A stretch of 64,000 nucleotides of DNA from Podarcis erhardii. Taxonomy: Eukaryota. The stretch is taken from assembly GCA_964252035.1 (NCBI GenBank), contig OZ176205.1. One strand, 5' to 3'. Below the pieces are notes generated by a model. The model saw only the letters and a program-made list of their open reading frames with translations. It did not search any database and had not been told where the DNA came from. Positions 46,101 through 61,100 of the stretch are shown here, piece after piece (positions within the stretch are counted from its first letter, which is position 1; each line of letters opens with the position of its first letter). The position numbers were made by a program, and so were the translations under genes.

Positions 46101-49100
46101 CCTGGCTTTCTGAAGAGAAGGTGGTTGTGGGCACTGACACAGGCAAGATCTACCTATTTGACTCCGGTGATCTTCGCTGGGAGACAAGTATTGAGCGCAA
46201 AGAGATAGTCTCTGAAGTAGATAAGGAGGAACCACAACAGGATTCAGAGAGGTGAGACTGCCTTCAAACTATTGACACTGGAGTGGTCAATGTGCTCCAG
46301 CAGATAATGTGTTTTACTATGATCTACAAATGGTATCATGGTCATGACTGTATTGCCTCTCTGAGAAAAGTTATTGCCTCTGAGGCAGCCCTCAGGCTTG
46401 AAAAGGTTGTCCACCCATTTTATACACACTTTCCAGAATGTGAGTCCCATTGAACTCAGTGGGACTTAACTTCTGCATAGACATGCACTGGATTGTACCG
46501 TTTGTCCCACTGTCATATGGAAACTGTTTTGTCTCACTGTCAAATGGGACTAATCATGATCTGCCACATTTGTTGGAGGATGAATAACTGAAATTCATAA
46601 GATATCGTTTAAAAGCTTGTGTAAAGTGCTAATTAAATTCAAGAAGCATGCTTAGGATTGGAGTGTTAGGCTTTGTATACATTACTGGCTTAAAATGTAG
46701 CAAGGTCATTGCTCCTCTGCTGCATGTTGAATTGCATAGGCATGCCCTTGTACACCTCAGTACAGTTGAATATGTTTCCAAGTCACATGCTGTCTGCCCA
46801 CATTAGTGGGCAGAGTGGGGCATGGTGCATTCATGGGTGCATTCAATCCAGATTGACACTGGATTGAGGCAAGAAACATGAAAACACAGTATTTCACAAA
46901 CAACTACAGGACAGGTGTGGATTGTGGCTAACATTGCATGGACATGGCTTCAGAAACCAGTAGTGAGAGTGCACTGAATGCAGAGTAAATGTGAGTGTGT
47001 GCACAGCTTTAGTATCTTCCCTAAACCCTTCAGTATGTTGAGTTCGAAATGTTATACCAAGTTCAATGAGACTTATGTCCTAATATATGTGTACAAAATT
47101 TCAAATAGGGGAAACTTTATGTTGATACTAGGACTATGTGGCATCTCTGAAATGAAAAAACAAATTTAAAATGAACAACAATCATTTTTTTACGCCTCAT
47201 GCAACTGACATTTGGAACTTGTTAGACTTCTCTGTTTGCTGCTGATTGATTGATGAATTTCTTTTTACAGCCTTATTGAGTTTCCTGCTCACAATTCCCC
47301 TGAGATTTCCACTGAGGTGGTTTGTGAAACTGAAGCACAGCAGCAAGCATTTTTACCTCGGGTCTCTGCTATTGCTGCATATTCCAAGGGATTTGCTTGT
47401 TCAGCTGGTCCCGGGATTGTTCTACTGTTTGAAAAGTCAGATGAGAAGGAAGGTTACAGAGAAAGCCGAGAGATACGGGTAGGTAAGATGTCTGAGACAT
47501 GGAATGCTTGATTTATTGCATAGCTCACCAACAATATAAATGTTGGAGGCAAAAGGAGGAGATTCAGCAGAACTAGAACCCACACTGCGCCAGGCACCAC
47601 TCAACCCCCAGCCGCAGGCAGGAGACAAACTCATAATGAGGCATTTGCTAATCCCCAACCAACAGACTCAATGAGGTCCAAGGTGGCTAAATGACAAACC
47701 CTACCCTGTGGTGCATCACAAGTCTTGCATACAGGAGGTCTCAGGTTCAGGCTTTGGATATGATATTGTGAGGACTGCTGGAGAAAGTCCTCACACACCT
47801 ACAGGTGCCAAAGGCAATCAGGGGAAGCATTCACATTCCAGTTGGCTGCTCTCTCACACCCAGGTTGCTGTTTGCATCTTGCAGCCACTAACATCCCACC
47901 TTGCTGTACTTGTTCCCTGCTCTGCTTGTTTAATTGATTGCCAGTTCTGCAGGTTATTGCCACAGCAGACCTTGTTATTTGCCCACCCTATACCATCTGA
48001 ATTATCATTGTAGCAGTAGTGAGCTTGTGAGCTGCAAGGAGCCTGCCCCCACCCTTCACTGGAGCTCATAGATGGAAGAGAATGTTGCTGAGTCATAGTA
48101 GCAAAAATGGAGTACATGGTTCCAGCGAAACAGCCCATTCTCCATCCCCAGCTCCAGCCCCCTCCAACCTACAGAGGGTTCTGATGAGCTAAGAAAGAGC
48201 ATTGAATAAGAGATTGTGTTGACTGTAATCTTCATTAGCCCTTATGAATCATGGGGTGGGGAGATCCCTGCAGCAGCTGCAGTGATGAGATCATCAGGAT
48301 GACGCTAGGTGGCAGCAGTGAGGTTGGGAGAGCTCCATGGTGGAAATACCCTTGTAGGTGTACACCTATCTGCAGGGCCAATGGCACCAACCCAATGCTT
48401 CCCCAACCTCACCACCATCACTTCATCCTGCTGCTGCTGGGAGGACATCGCTGCCCCACTATTTCTTCTGCTTCACTGCCCAGGCTGATGGTGAGAGCTG
48501 TTCAGCAGTGGAACAGGCCCCCACAAGAGGTCTCCTTCCTTGGACGTTTTTAAGCAGGGGTTGGATGGCCATCTGTCATGGATGCTTTAGCAGAGATTCT
48601 TGCATTGCAGGGGGTTGGACTAGATGACCCTTTGGTCTCTTCCAACTCTAAGATTCTATGATCCCTCAAAACACAAGGGCTGAAGAGCGTTTGACAATGT
48701 AAGGTAGGGGTGGATATTATGTTCGGTTCAAAACTTTCTTTTATATCCCCTATTTTACCAGCATAACATTGTGAACATAGGGGTCAGAATTGGGGTTAAG
48801 GCAATTTAGGTTATGGACTAAACCCTCTCTGCCCTGGAACTGCCCATTTTTGGTCCATGTGCCATTTTGGCTCTGTGCTTTTAAAGGTGAAAATCTTTAT
48901 TAAGGTAATCTTGCTGCCATTGTTTGTGGAATATTATCTATTACTCTGCTGCAAAACCGGACTAGAAAGTATGTATCTAGGAAAGTGGTTAACTAAGCAG
49001 CTTTATTTCATAGATTCCACAAGACCAGTGCAGCAATGATCCAAACCAGTCGGACAAACAGGATGTTGTGTGTATTGCCTTCAGTCCTGCAGAGGAAACA

Positions 49101-52100
49101 CTTCTGATCAGCACAACTAAGAATCAGCTCTATCTCCTCTCCATATCAGCAGCTGAGATAAGCAAGGTGAGTTCATTAAGAGCACTGTGTTCTGAGCAAC
49201 GACTCGGAAATGTGGTGTTCAAAGTAATTTTATATTCTTGTGCTGCAAAGAACAGAACGAAAACAAGAAACCAAGACGGTCTGGTAATATGACTGCATCA
49301 AATCAATTACTCAGCAACCCTAAAAAAAAGTGTTGAAAGGAGAACCAGCAACATAAAGAATACTCTCAGTTGCACAGTTCTTCACCAGTCATGATATCAC
49401 CACTGAATAACTCCTACAGCAACTTCACACTGAAAGCACCAATAACCATGCAGCAATATCATGACCACACAACTCACAGCACTTAGGCCTTTCATTGGTA
49501 TTTCCATCCGGACCATAGCCAGTATCAATTTATGGATATAGAGAGTGGCAGCCTTTCCTGTTGCAACCTCCTTTGCCCTGGTGCATAGACGTGTTGGTGC
49601 AATCGTCATCAAAACAATTCAAAATGTCATGTTCTCCTGCGAGACAGCAAGGACACATTTCAGCTATCTTAAATACCTCTTGCGGAAAATCTCCCCAAGA
49701 TTTGTAAGGTCTGTTCTCCAGTCAAATTTCCAGTAGTGGCTGTTTCTGTTTGGACCTCTTCAGAGTACTTCACTGGTGTACTTCTCTACAAATGCCCTAT
49801 TTGTCACTACACTTTCCAGTGCTTTGATAAATTTAGTACATATCAAATGCCTCCTTTTTGCTATGGAGAGAAGTTCAGTGTTGCCTGGTGTTACACCATC
49901 ACGTGAGCAGCTCTAGCTAACATGTTTGTGATATTTCACTAGGGGGAGACAGCTCACTTTGAATACCTGAACCACCCAATACATTCTGCTTCCATTACTG
50001 GCTTGGATACCTGCATTCGCAAGCCCCTCGTTGCTACCTGTTCACTGGACAAATCTGTCCGCATCTGGAATTATGAAAACAAGTAAGGGGACATGATCTG
50101 TTGCACAGCCTTTTGATTTGTACTCGGACGATGAATTGTACTCAGACCATGAGTGAGTGGCAATTCACTACAGAGCCCCAGGCAATCATCAGGGCAAGTG
50201 TCAGTCCTATTCTGATAAATAGAAACTGCTTATATTTACTCAGAGAACAAAATAATATTAAGAGAGGGTGGTTGCTCTAGAAATCAGTTGATAGGCAATG
50301 TTCAGATACATAATTGTACTTCTTCATGGGACTCCTGTGTATGTAATAGAAGCATAACCCTAGTTCTAAATCCAGAAAAATTCTTTAAAAATCTGGAGCT
50401 ATCAAAATTAGAAAGCCTATTTCTTTTATCAACTTTAGGTTTTAAAAATGGCAATTTTATTGTTATTTCTGGTTATAAATTGATTCTCATGTGATGCTGA
50501 ATTAATTTGGTTGCCTGACAGTATGAACTGCCTGTCATGTGAAAAATTATTTTTGCTGCCCTGATGTATGCATTGAAAGGGACTGGTATATCTATAACGC
50601 TGTCAAGTTGTCTTTGTTCCCCTTTGTTCACTGTTGCCCAGCATTTGACCTTCTTGGGGGAACTGTGACCAAAAATAGCTCTAGGTACAACTTAGTTGCA
50701 CAGAAGCGTGGTCTGTGCTTTGATTGCAATGGTTGCTCTTGCTGCAGCACACTGGACCTGTACAAGGAATACCAAGAAGAGGCATATGCACTTTCCCTTC
50801 ACCCTAGTGGACTGTATGTGTTGGTTGGTTTTGCTGACAAACTCCGACTTATGAATCTGCTTATTGATGACATCCGAACTTTCAAGGACTTCACTGTACG
50901 AGGGTGCAGAGAGGTGAGCAGTGCAGGGGAAGGAACTGGTGGAGGAGCTTGAATGGGGAACACCAGATTGGGAGGTGGCACAGGCATTTTATGACTAGTA
51001 AGTTGTGTTACCACGTTTGCTTGGAACAGGTCTCTCCCTACACATCGACAGACTATTTTTCTGTGTTCAGGAAATAACCCATACCAGAACACAATTTCTG
51101 GGGGAGATTTTGCTCAAAAATGCTAGAGGAATTTCCCCACATTCTGCTGGAATACAGAGTAGGGTGTGATTCCAGAAGGGTGATTTCCAGGTACATACAA
51201 AAAGACTATTGCCTTCTTCCTATGGAATAAGGAGAGTCTTCGAGTTAGGTAGAGTTTAGGATACTTCTTGTACAGGCACCTGAAGTCTCAGGGTTCTCTG
51301 TTGCGAATCAATTAGGCTAGGATTTGAAGGAAGATTCAACATTTAAGCATTTCAGAAGGTCTTATGCCAGTATAGAGTGGTACCTCCAGTTACGAATGGG
51401 ATCCGTCCCGGAGGCCCGGCTGTATCCTGAAATCTTTGTAGCCAGAGGCTACCTTCTGCACACGCGGCACGATTGAGCGCTTCTGCACACACACGGTGTG
51501 CAGAGCACTTCTGCGCATGCACGCGCGGCGAAACCTGGAAGTATACATTTCCGGGTTTGCCGGGTTCGCAACCCTAAAGTTACGTTACCCAAAGGTATAC
51601 GTCCACTGTATAGTGTGTGGACACTCCCTTTTCCATTTCAGTAGAGTTCAGTGGGACCCTCAAGTAACTTTGTCCTAGTTTGGTAGGTCCTTAATAGCTC
51701 ACTTTCCCAGACAAAATCTGGAGCCAAAGGAGGAGCACAAAATAGCAGAATACCACTCTCTGACAACAGATGCATCTGGTTGTGAAGAAGGATGATTAGA
51801 GGCTGTTTTCTGCATGGCCTCCAAATTATGGATATCTGGTACCTTCACAAAGAGGTTACCTATGTGAAGTCTCATTGCTTCATGCTGTCTCCTGCTTCTG
51901 TCTACAGTGTGCCTTCAGTACAGGAGGTCATCTGTTTGCAGCAGTAAATGGAAATGTGATTCACATTTATTCTGCCATAAGTTTTGAAAACATCATTAAC
52001 TTGAAAGGACACAATGGGAAGGTCAGTAAGTGATGCCTACAATACAAGTAAAATAGTACATTAAACTGAATATATTTGAAATGCCAAAAGAACAGGATTT

Positions 52101-55100
52101 CTCAAGAAGCTGGTTTTGAGGCTCTGCCTATGATTGAATTCTTTTTTTTTATTACAAAGGCACTAGAAACTAAAGAATAGGAGTGAAGGATTAAAAATAC
52201 TCCAAGGTGCTCCTGAGTATAGTTCTCTGGCAGTGCAGATATAATTTGGATCACTTTTTACGAACAGTGGAATCAGCTTTCTCCTCTGTTATGTGCAATA
52301 GCTTAGGTTAAAAGAAAGCCAGCATTTTTACAGTACTTTGTAATCCTATACACACATAGCTGGGAGTAAGTCCAGCTGAACTCAGTGGGACTTACTACTG
52401 ATTTTAATAGGAATGTGCTTAAATTTCTCTTGCTGAAATAGTAGGGCTTAAAAGTACTTTTGTTTGTCTGGGCTCGGCTTATCAAGAAAACAGATATATT
52501 ATTTAATGTTTGTTTACTGAATTGCCAACAACCTGTTAGATGACTGTGGAGACGACATTCCCTCCAACCTCCCTTGCTGTAATTGGCCTCCCAAATATCA
52601 GTGCAAAAAAGACTTGAAATACCCTGAATTTAAGAACTTTGACCCAATGAATTTTAAGGAGCAAGTGGATTCCTCTGGAACTGTCATCAGCCCTGCTTTG
52701 ATGCCCTAGTGATCACAAATAGGTAAATTCCAAGCTTATGAAATGTTTTGAGATAGCTCCATAAGTTCCACCCATGATTACCTACAGCAGTTCAGTGCCC
52801 TCTTATCTCACCATTTTGTGCTCGTGAGTCCAATTTATAGCGAAAGAAGCTGAAGCTTTGCTAAGGAAAGCAAGGGAACTATCTGGGATGGAATGAGATA
52901 AGACTTATTAGCGATAAGGGAAAAGGTTAAACAGAATAAAGCAAGTTTGTAAACAGCTACTCTTATGTGATGAGAATTGCCTCCAGGCAACTAGGCAGAT
53001 AATTTATTATAATTTGGGAGAGTTTCATAAATAATTTTATAATTGACTCCAGTATTTATAAACATTTTTAAGTTACTACAATATACACGAGAGCAAGGTG
53101 AATGTGAAAATGAAGCAAATACCTTTTTAACTGCGTTATTAGAAATATGTATGGGTTCAAAAACTACAGAGCATGTTTTTTGTTATTCACTTTTTATTGA
53201 TTTGTCAAAAAAGGCATAGAACTTTGAGCAGGGGAGGACAAAACCTGAGGAGCAACAAGGACAGATGGTAATCTGCAGGCCTTTCCTTGCCACTGGCTAT
53301 TAGCTATGATGTGTTTGGAGACCAAATGTGTGAGCTGTTATAACTCGGAATTCAGTTCATGAACATAATTCCTGACCCTCTTAGCCTGACCTGCTGGATT
53401 ATAATGGGAATCTTTATCTTAACTGCTTACAGGTAAACTGTGAGCACAAAGGACACAGGGTGAAAAGGGGCTGTGTTCTGTGAGTTTCTTATGTAAAAGG
53501 TTTGATGCAATGACACCAGGTAAACAGGCAGAGTACCAAGCAGCAACCTGTCTCTTGTGCCTAAGTAAGGATTGCCTGAGCATTTTATATATATTCTCAC
53601 TCGCCCCTCCAGGTACGCGCAGTGGCGTGGAGCATGGATGACTATAAACTGGTCTCCTGTGGCACAGATGGGGCAGTATATGAATGGAACCTCCAGAATG
53701 GCAAGAGAGAATCCGAGTGTGTGCTCAAGTCCTGCAGCTACAATGGAGTGGCAATATCACCTGATGCAAAAGTCATATTTGCTGTTGGATCTGATCATAG
53801 CATCAAGGAGATCTGTGATTCTGCGGTGAGCTCATGTGCAGACACTTATGGAGCTGATCAAAGTGCAGCAAACAATGCAGAAGAAAGTGAAGCTGTGAAC
53901 CCAGTGCTGTAGCCAGTGGCGGAGCTTCATACTCCGGCAACAGGGGGCGGAGAGCAGGCGGGGGCGGGGTGCCCAGCTCGGGCGGGGGGGCAGCCGCAAT
54001 GGCACCCTACTGGGATTGCACTGCCAGGGCGGTGCGCTCCCCCCGCACTCCTCTTCCTCCGCCAGTGGCTGTGACTTGCAGTCCCATCCCCCCCTCCAGC
54101 TTTTAACAACAGTGGTTGCCTATCCCATGTAGTGATAGTTGTGTTCATAGTTTCCTTCTTCTTCTCTATAAGAGTATAGCCATCTATGGAATCTATACCT
54201 TGCCTTGGTTGCCAAAAATTGTGGGTTTTTTCCCAGTTACGAAGTTGAGAGGGAAATTCATGACTCTTGAGGCGTTGAGAGGATAATAGGACATTCACAG
54301 TAGAGAGAACAAATGATGGATTTGTGTACCCTCTGCCACTTTCCAGTGCAAATTTAATACTTGCTGAGTGACTTGCTAAAAGCATGTTGGGTGTCCTTTC
54401 TTTCAGATACTGCGAGAAGTGCCCACTTTTGAAGTTGCCTACACTTTCATAGTGGTATCTCATTCTGGACGCATGGTGTTCGCCGGAACCTCTGCAGGGA
54501 CCATTCGGTCCATGAAATACCCACTACCTGTGCACAAGGAATACAATGAATACCAAGCCCATGCTGGTCCAGTCACCAAGGTAAAGGCCAAGTCAGTCTC
54601 CAGGTCAACTTGATTGCCATAGCCTTTATTTATCCCTTCTTTTTCTGAGTCTGCAGCAACAAATAATGAAAGGAGGTACACCTTATATCACGCAATGAGC
54701 CACAAATGGGCATATCTAAATATGATATATTTATTGTGTATCAAAGTAGCTTAATAAGAATGACAATAGACAACAGAGTCTCTAATCACAGTAATGGGGA
54801 AAATAATGAGAATGAGTTCTACCTAAACAGTACACCCATCAGCCTCATTCTCTTCCAAGCTGAGTGTATGTAGCTGGGAGAGTGTAGGGGAAATCTCTCT
54901 GGGTTGCTAACTTCTCAGATGCTGGAGTGCAACATTTACAACATTGTTGCTGTACAGTACTATTTTTAAAATGTTATTTCATCCAGAAGGCTTGTTTATC
55001 ACTTATACTTTCACCATAGGTTCCAGTAATGTTGGGAGCAAGGGCGTGAGGGTGACTGTGCTTCTTGGTGTCATGTTTAAAATCAGTCTACTACTGTGCC

Positions 55101-58100
55101 TCATTAAAAAGATAAGACTGAGATTGATAATGAGAGCGAATGGAAAAGCCACTGAAAACAAGGACAAGTTGTTAATTAAATGGATTCTGAGGAATGGACA
55201 ACAGCCTGACAAATGGCAAGGGGAATGCTTGGAGCATAATGGGGAAAGTGGAGAAGAAGAGAAGAGATATCACTAGAGGCAAAGAGATGGATATATTTTA
55301 AAAATAATTGATCCTTATTATTCCAACCGGAGCATCTTCTTCTGATTCTGCCAATTGCCCTTTCTTTTCTCTGACTCTCCAGTTGTGTTTTATTGGAGTT
55401 CAGTATGCCTTTTTTTCTCCACAGATGTCCATAACAGCTGATGATCAGTTCCTACTAACATCTGCAGAGGATGGCTGTATATTTATCTGGAAAGTTTATG
55501 ACAAAGAAGGGCGGGGGTTGAAAAGGGAGAGAGATGTGCCATACTCTGATGAAGTATTGATCACTAGAACAGACATGGAAGAGAAGGTCAGTACGGATGA
55601 GTTTTGAAGTGGGAAGAGAACACATCAGAAGACGTTGTATCAACTAACCCAAATGCGCTTTATCTCCATGGGGGCAGCACTTACCCAGTACATATCATGG
55701 CCCTAGTAGAGAGATGACAGCAGGTTTGAATTAGCCTTATAATACAAGAATCAAACATTGTACACTTAAAATGTAGCTCATGAGCTACATTGCTCCCTGT
55801 CCTGAAACCTACTTCACATGTTATAGGAAATGCATATATATGGCCAGATACAATATATGCTGTCTTTATATATGATAGTTTTTCAGATAAACGTGAAGGG
55901 CAGGATTCACCTGGCACCCATCAGTGGAAGCCCTGTGCAAGGACTTTTGCTTGCACAGTAGGGCTTCTTCCCCCACCTGCTTGACATGGGCTTGGTGGGG
56001 GTTGGGAGAACCCCCAGAATAGCATTCGGGGGAAGAGAGGGGGCATTGTTCTGCCTGGCATGCTAGAATGCTTGCACTAATGGAACGATTTGAAGGCCAC
56101 CATTTTGAATTCCACCTGAAATGCCTTGTGTGTATCCATGACAAATTTAACATATGAAACAGCCCTAAAATATAGATCTGGCAAGATACTATGTACAGTA
56201 GATTTTTATTTAATTATTTAATCTGAATGTTTTGTCACCAATTTTTTTTTCTTATGATTCCTTACCCTGCAGACTCAGATAATGTTAGAACTAAAAACAC
56301 GTGTAGAGGAACTGAAGATGGAAAATGAGTACCAGCTGCGCCTCAAGGACATGAATTATAATGAAAAGATTAAAGAACTAACTGAGAAATTCATCCAGGA
56401 AATGGAATCACTGAAAACCAAAAACCAGGTGAGGGTCCAGCAATAACTACAACTCTCAGCATTATTGTGTCTTCTTTTTCCCATCATGCAGTCACCTGAG
56501 GGATTTGAAGGTTGGTATGCCTAGTTTCAGGTGTAATTCTCATCTCTATGTATTTCAGGTTTTGAAAGCAGATAAAGAAAAGCAGGAAGCACAGCACCAG
56601 GAACAAGTTGCAGAACTAACAGAGAAGCAGGCAAGAGAGGTGCAAGACCTAGGTTAGGAGGACTTTAAGTCACACTTTCCTGCAGAAAAAGGGCTTCAGT
56701 CCCTATGGTGAAAGATGAAGAAAGAAAAGTTTTCCCATGCTGAGTGTTTGTCGGTCACGGCAAAGGCGCAACTTAGAGGACTGAGTACACAGGCATATTG
56801 ACAATAATTTGTTTGAATGTAACTGGAATTAACTCATCATTTTAATTATAATTATATCTCCCTGCCAATAAAGGCAGGAAGAAATGAGCAAACCTAATAA
56901 AGAAGAACATAAAGGGGCAATAGATAAGCAGGGCATAGTAAGGTAGGTAACTTTCTGAAAACTGGGGATACCTTTTTAAAGCATCTTATCTCTGCAAGCC
57001 ACCAAGAAACAAGGTTTTACTGCACACTTCTTCCATGGCCATCAGTATATTACTGTCATTGCAAATCCACCACAAGTGGAGTAGTCTGTATCATCTTAGC
57101 ATCTGCACAGCATTATGCACATCACATCATTCCCACTTTTAGGGGGATGGCATACAGAAGTTAATCCCCCAGTATTTTCTTTTGTGCCTAAAGAGCCAGA
57201 ACTACTGAGTATGGAGTTCTGATGTAGATGCACCTGTAAAGAGTGTGCAAATGGGGCTACAAAGCTAGTGATTGAGGAATAGTATGAGCTAGAGGAGAGA
57301 GATGTGAGCAGGCACCAAGATGTGGGTCTAAAACGGCTCCCTAAGACTAAGGATAACGGAGAGGACAAGACATACCTTACTCTGTAATACATCCCCCCCC
57401 CCCACACACATTAATTTGTTTTTTACTCTGTCTTTGGGTCAGAATCTGGCAATAACCAGAAGCTTCTGCTGGAGTTTGAGAAGTACCAGGAGCTTCAGAT
57501 GAAATCCCAACGCATGCAGGAGGACTATGAGAAGCAGCTTCATGAAATGGAAGAGCACAAAAACCAGGCGCTGGAGGAGCTGACAGAATATTATGAGGCA
57601 AAGCTGCTTGAGAAAACCACTCAGCTGGAAGAGGTATGAGCTGTGATGGTTTCATTTTTATTTATTTTTAAGGATGGGCACAGTTCTACTATGCTTGAAG
57701 TTACTACTGATTCAGCCCTTCATCGCTCTTCTGACTTCCACTAGCTGTGCTCTGAAGTTGAGCTCTGATCTGTGTACACTTTTGTCCTTGCCCCTCCTGA
57801 TTAGGCAACCATCACCCATCCCAAACACAGATCTTTACAGTCTTCTTCTTCCCTGAGTGCCACATGTTAGTGCGTTTAACTTACAGTTCTCTCAGATAAA
57901 ACCCCTAGGGAGGTTGACCTGTTTCTGGCTTAGATAGGATTGCCATATTTCAAAAAGTAAAAGTAAACCACGCCAACAAAAAGTCTCTGTATGACAACAT
58001 TCATACCGTATTTTTTGCTCTATAAAACACACTTTCCCCCTCCTAAAAAGTAAGGGGAAAGCGTCTTATGGAGCGAATGCAGGCGGGAAGCTCTGCTCAG

Positions 58101-61100
58101 TGTTCCCTTTAAAGAGCCGTGTGGAGCGTCGGGGCTCTTCGGGTTGCCCTTCTCCCTCCTTGAGGAAAAGCCCCCAAGAGCCACACACACACTCCGTGCG
58201 CTCTTTAAAGGGAGTGCTTCTCTTGGGGGAGCCTTAGCCGTGCACAGCCTCTCCTGGGCAGGGGATGAAGGCCAGGAGAGGCTACGCACGGCTATCCCAT
58301 AAGCCAGGACAGCAAGTGGGATCACTGCGCAGTGATCCTGCTTGTTGTCCTGGCTTCTGGGATTCAGATTTTTTTTTTTTCATATTTTCTTCTTCCAAAA
58401 ACTAGGTGCGTCTTATGGTCTGGTGCGTCCTGTAGAGCGAAAAATACGGAACTTAAAACAAAAGGAACACTATTCTTTAATCATTGTCCAGAAGCTTGTA
58501 TATTGAAGCTTGTATATGGCAGGTTATTTATTGGATTTATATACTGCCCTATACCTGGAGGTCTCAGGCCGGTTCACAGAAAAGATCAACATAAAAACCA
58601 CAAAATATATAATCAAAATAAAAACAACATTCCAATAACACTACCCCCCCCCCCAAAAAAGAGCCACTCTACTGGAGAGGGATCCTACTAAGCAATTTCA
58701 CAACTACAGAGATTCTAGTTTAAAGTACTCTTCAAGTAGATTATGCTCAACCCTTTTCACCTGTCCTTTCTGGCTGAAGTCAATGACAGCTCCAAACTCT
58801 CATTTTTTCATCCTTATTGTACTCAGAGTGACATAAGTAGCTGGATGTTTCTATCATTCACCTTTCCATACATATACTTTTTTATATCCAGACTTGCCCA
58901 CCTGTCAGAGTTCACCTGCAAGGTTGGTGGAGGTAAAAATTTGGTGCACTGGTCAGATCCACTTACCCACCACTAATTTATGAACTGGGTCATTCAGTGC
59001 TTTTGTAACATGTAATTAAGCCCCCAGCACTGTAACATCATGTTGCTGCATTGTCATCCCCGGAGAGCTTGTGTCAATCTGCCTCATCTCCAAACTAGAC
59101 CAGGGTCTTGCCTCCCAGGCAATCATTTCAGTCTGGTCCCTTAACAGCGTGGCTCCTTTAACTCCTCCTTTTTACTTTTCTCCTTTCTAACTTTCAGGCT
59201 CAAGATGAATCAAGAACTCAGCTCCGAGAATTTGAGGAAACTAAGAAACAAATTGAAGAAGATGAGGATCGAGAAATCCAGGACATAAAAATTAAGTATG
59301 AGAGGCGACTTCGTGAGGAAAGAGAATCAAATTTGCGGCTAAAAGGGGAGACAGGAATCATGAGGAAGAAGGTATGCTCGCCTGTTTCAGGGTATCAGAC
59401 TTCTGGTTTGTGATCATTTATTTCAAGATGTATATACCACTTTCTCTGGCAACAAAATGACAATGAAATAGATAATAAGAGTAGATTAAAATTATAAAAA
59501 GCAACACAAATTTTAATACCCAACTGTCTATTGAACCAGTGTCACAGAAATGTCAACAAAAATCTATTTTATATCTAAAGTAAAATTATTTCCTAAAATG
59601 CAAGGTTTTATCTAAAGGCTGGAATGCTAGCAAAGGGCCAAATTAAATGTTATGTTAATCGTACAAATGGCCCTTGCATGCTTGTTTTCTTTAATTGTCA
59701 GATGATTGACAGGTGGGTCATCCCACCCACCTGTCCAACTCCCTTATGCAGTGCTTCCCAATATCCAGCTGCCTATTAGGTGTTTGGGAAGTTCTGTGTA
59801 AAGTTATTGGCATGCTCAGCATTTTCCAGGCACCCAGTATAGGGTTGGCAAAGCTCCTTTCTTCAAGGATCAGCTGTTTGACTGAGTTTCCCATTAGAGA
59901 TTTGGTTGCACAGCCAATCCTACAGGTTTGAACTCACTGTCCATCAGTTGATGGGGCATGATCAATTCTGCTTCCTGAAGGCATCAGCTGTATGGAGATG
60001 CCCACCATGTAGCTTTCACTGATTCTTGTCAGCAATTCTCATGGAACTGTTGCTGGGTGAGACACTGGCTTCAGACTGAAAGGTACCTTATGAATTTTTC
60101 TCTAGTTCAACAGTCTGCAGAAAGAGATTGAAGAGCGCTGCAGTGACATTGAGGCAATGAAGGTGGAGCAGCAAAAGTTGCAAGGAATCATTAAAGCCTT
60201 AGAGAAGGACATCCAGGGGCTGAAGAGAGAGATTCAAGAAAGAGATGAGACCATTCAAGACAAGGTGAGGTGCTTGGATCAATGCTCCTTTTCCACCCCT
60301 TTACCCGCAGCTGGATTTTGCTGTCCAAATCTACAAAGGCTCTGACCCACTAAGCAGTGCCTCTCTGTGTCTGCCTCCCAGTCTGAAGGATGGAGCTTAG
60401 AATTCATTATCCCTTCTCTGATATTTCTGACACTTTTGCTTTTTCTTCCTCATATGCCACCGTCCCACACACTGTCTCTTGACTCCACTGATGTAGGGCT
60501 GAAGTTGTAAGAGATCTCTCTGTATCTTTAGACACCGCTCACCTCATGTCTCTATTTTATTTGTCCCAGGAGAAGCGAATTTACGATCTAAAGAAAAAAA
60601 ACCAGGAACTGGAGAAGTTCAAATTTGTACTAGATTATAAAATAAAGGAGTTGAAGAAGCAAATAGAGCCGCGTGAGAATGATATCAAAGCTATGAAGGA
60701 GCAGATCCAGGAGGTGAGAAGCAGATTAGGCAGCCCACTCCCAGCCCTGAAGCTGGGCCAGCTTGAAGACCATAGCAGGCCACAGGCCTCCTTTAAAACC
60801 TCTTCTCTTCTCATGCATCTGTGCAGATGGAAGGAGAGCTGGAACGTTTCCACAAGCAGAACACACAACTGGAACTGAACATATCAGAGCTACGGCTAAA
60901 ACTGAAAGCCACAGACCGGGAGATGCACAAAGAGATGCAAAAGGTGTGTCAAATGGCAGCTGAAAAAAGTGGTACACCAAATTATAACCGGTCCTTCTTT
61001 AGGGTGTCATATACAGACTAAGATGAGCTCTAAAGTTTCCTTCCATCTTTATGATTTTATAATGGTAATTGAAAATTTCTTTCACTGAATCTAGTGTTTA

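Noticed and set aside
53410-53438. AG|GT juxtaposition (CTTACAG|GTAAAC) suggesting recursive splicing or a micro-exon
   Set aside because: The intron is only 1.6 kb, exons 8 and 9 already join in frame, and the candidate upstream exon is not frame-preserving.
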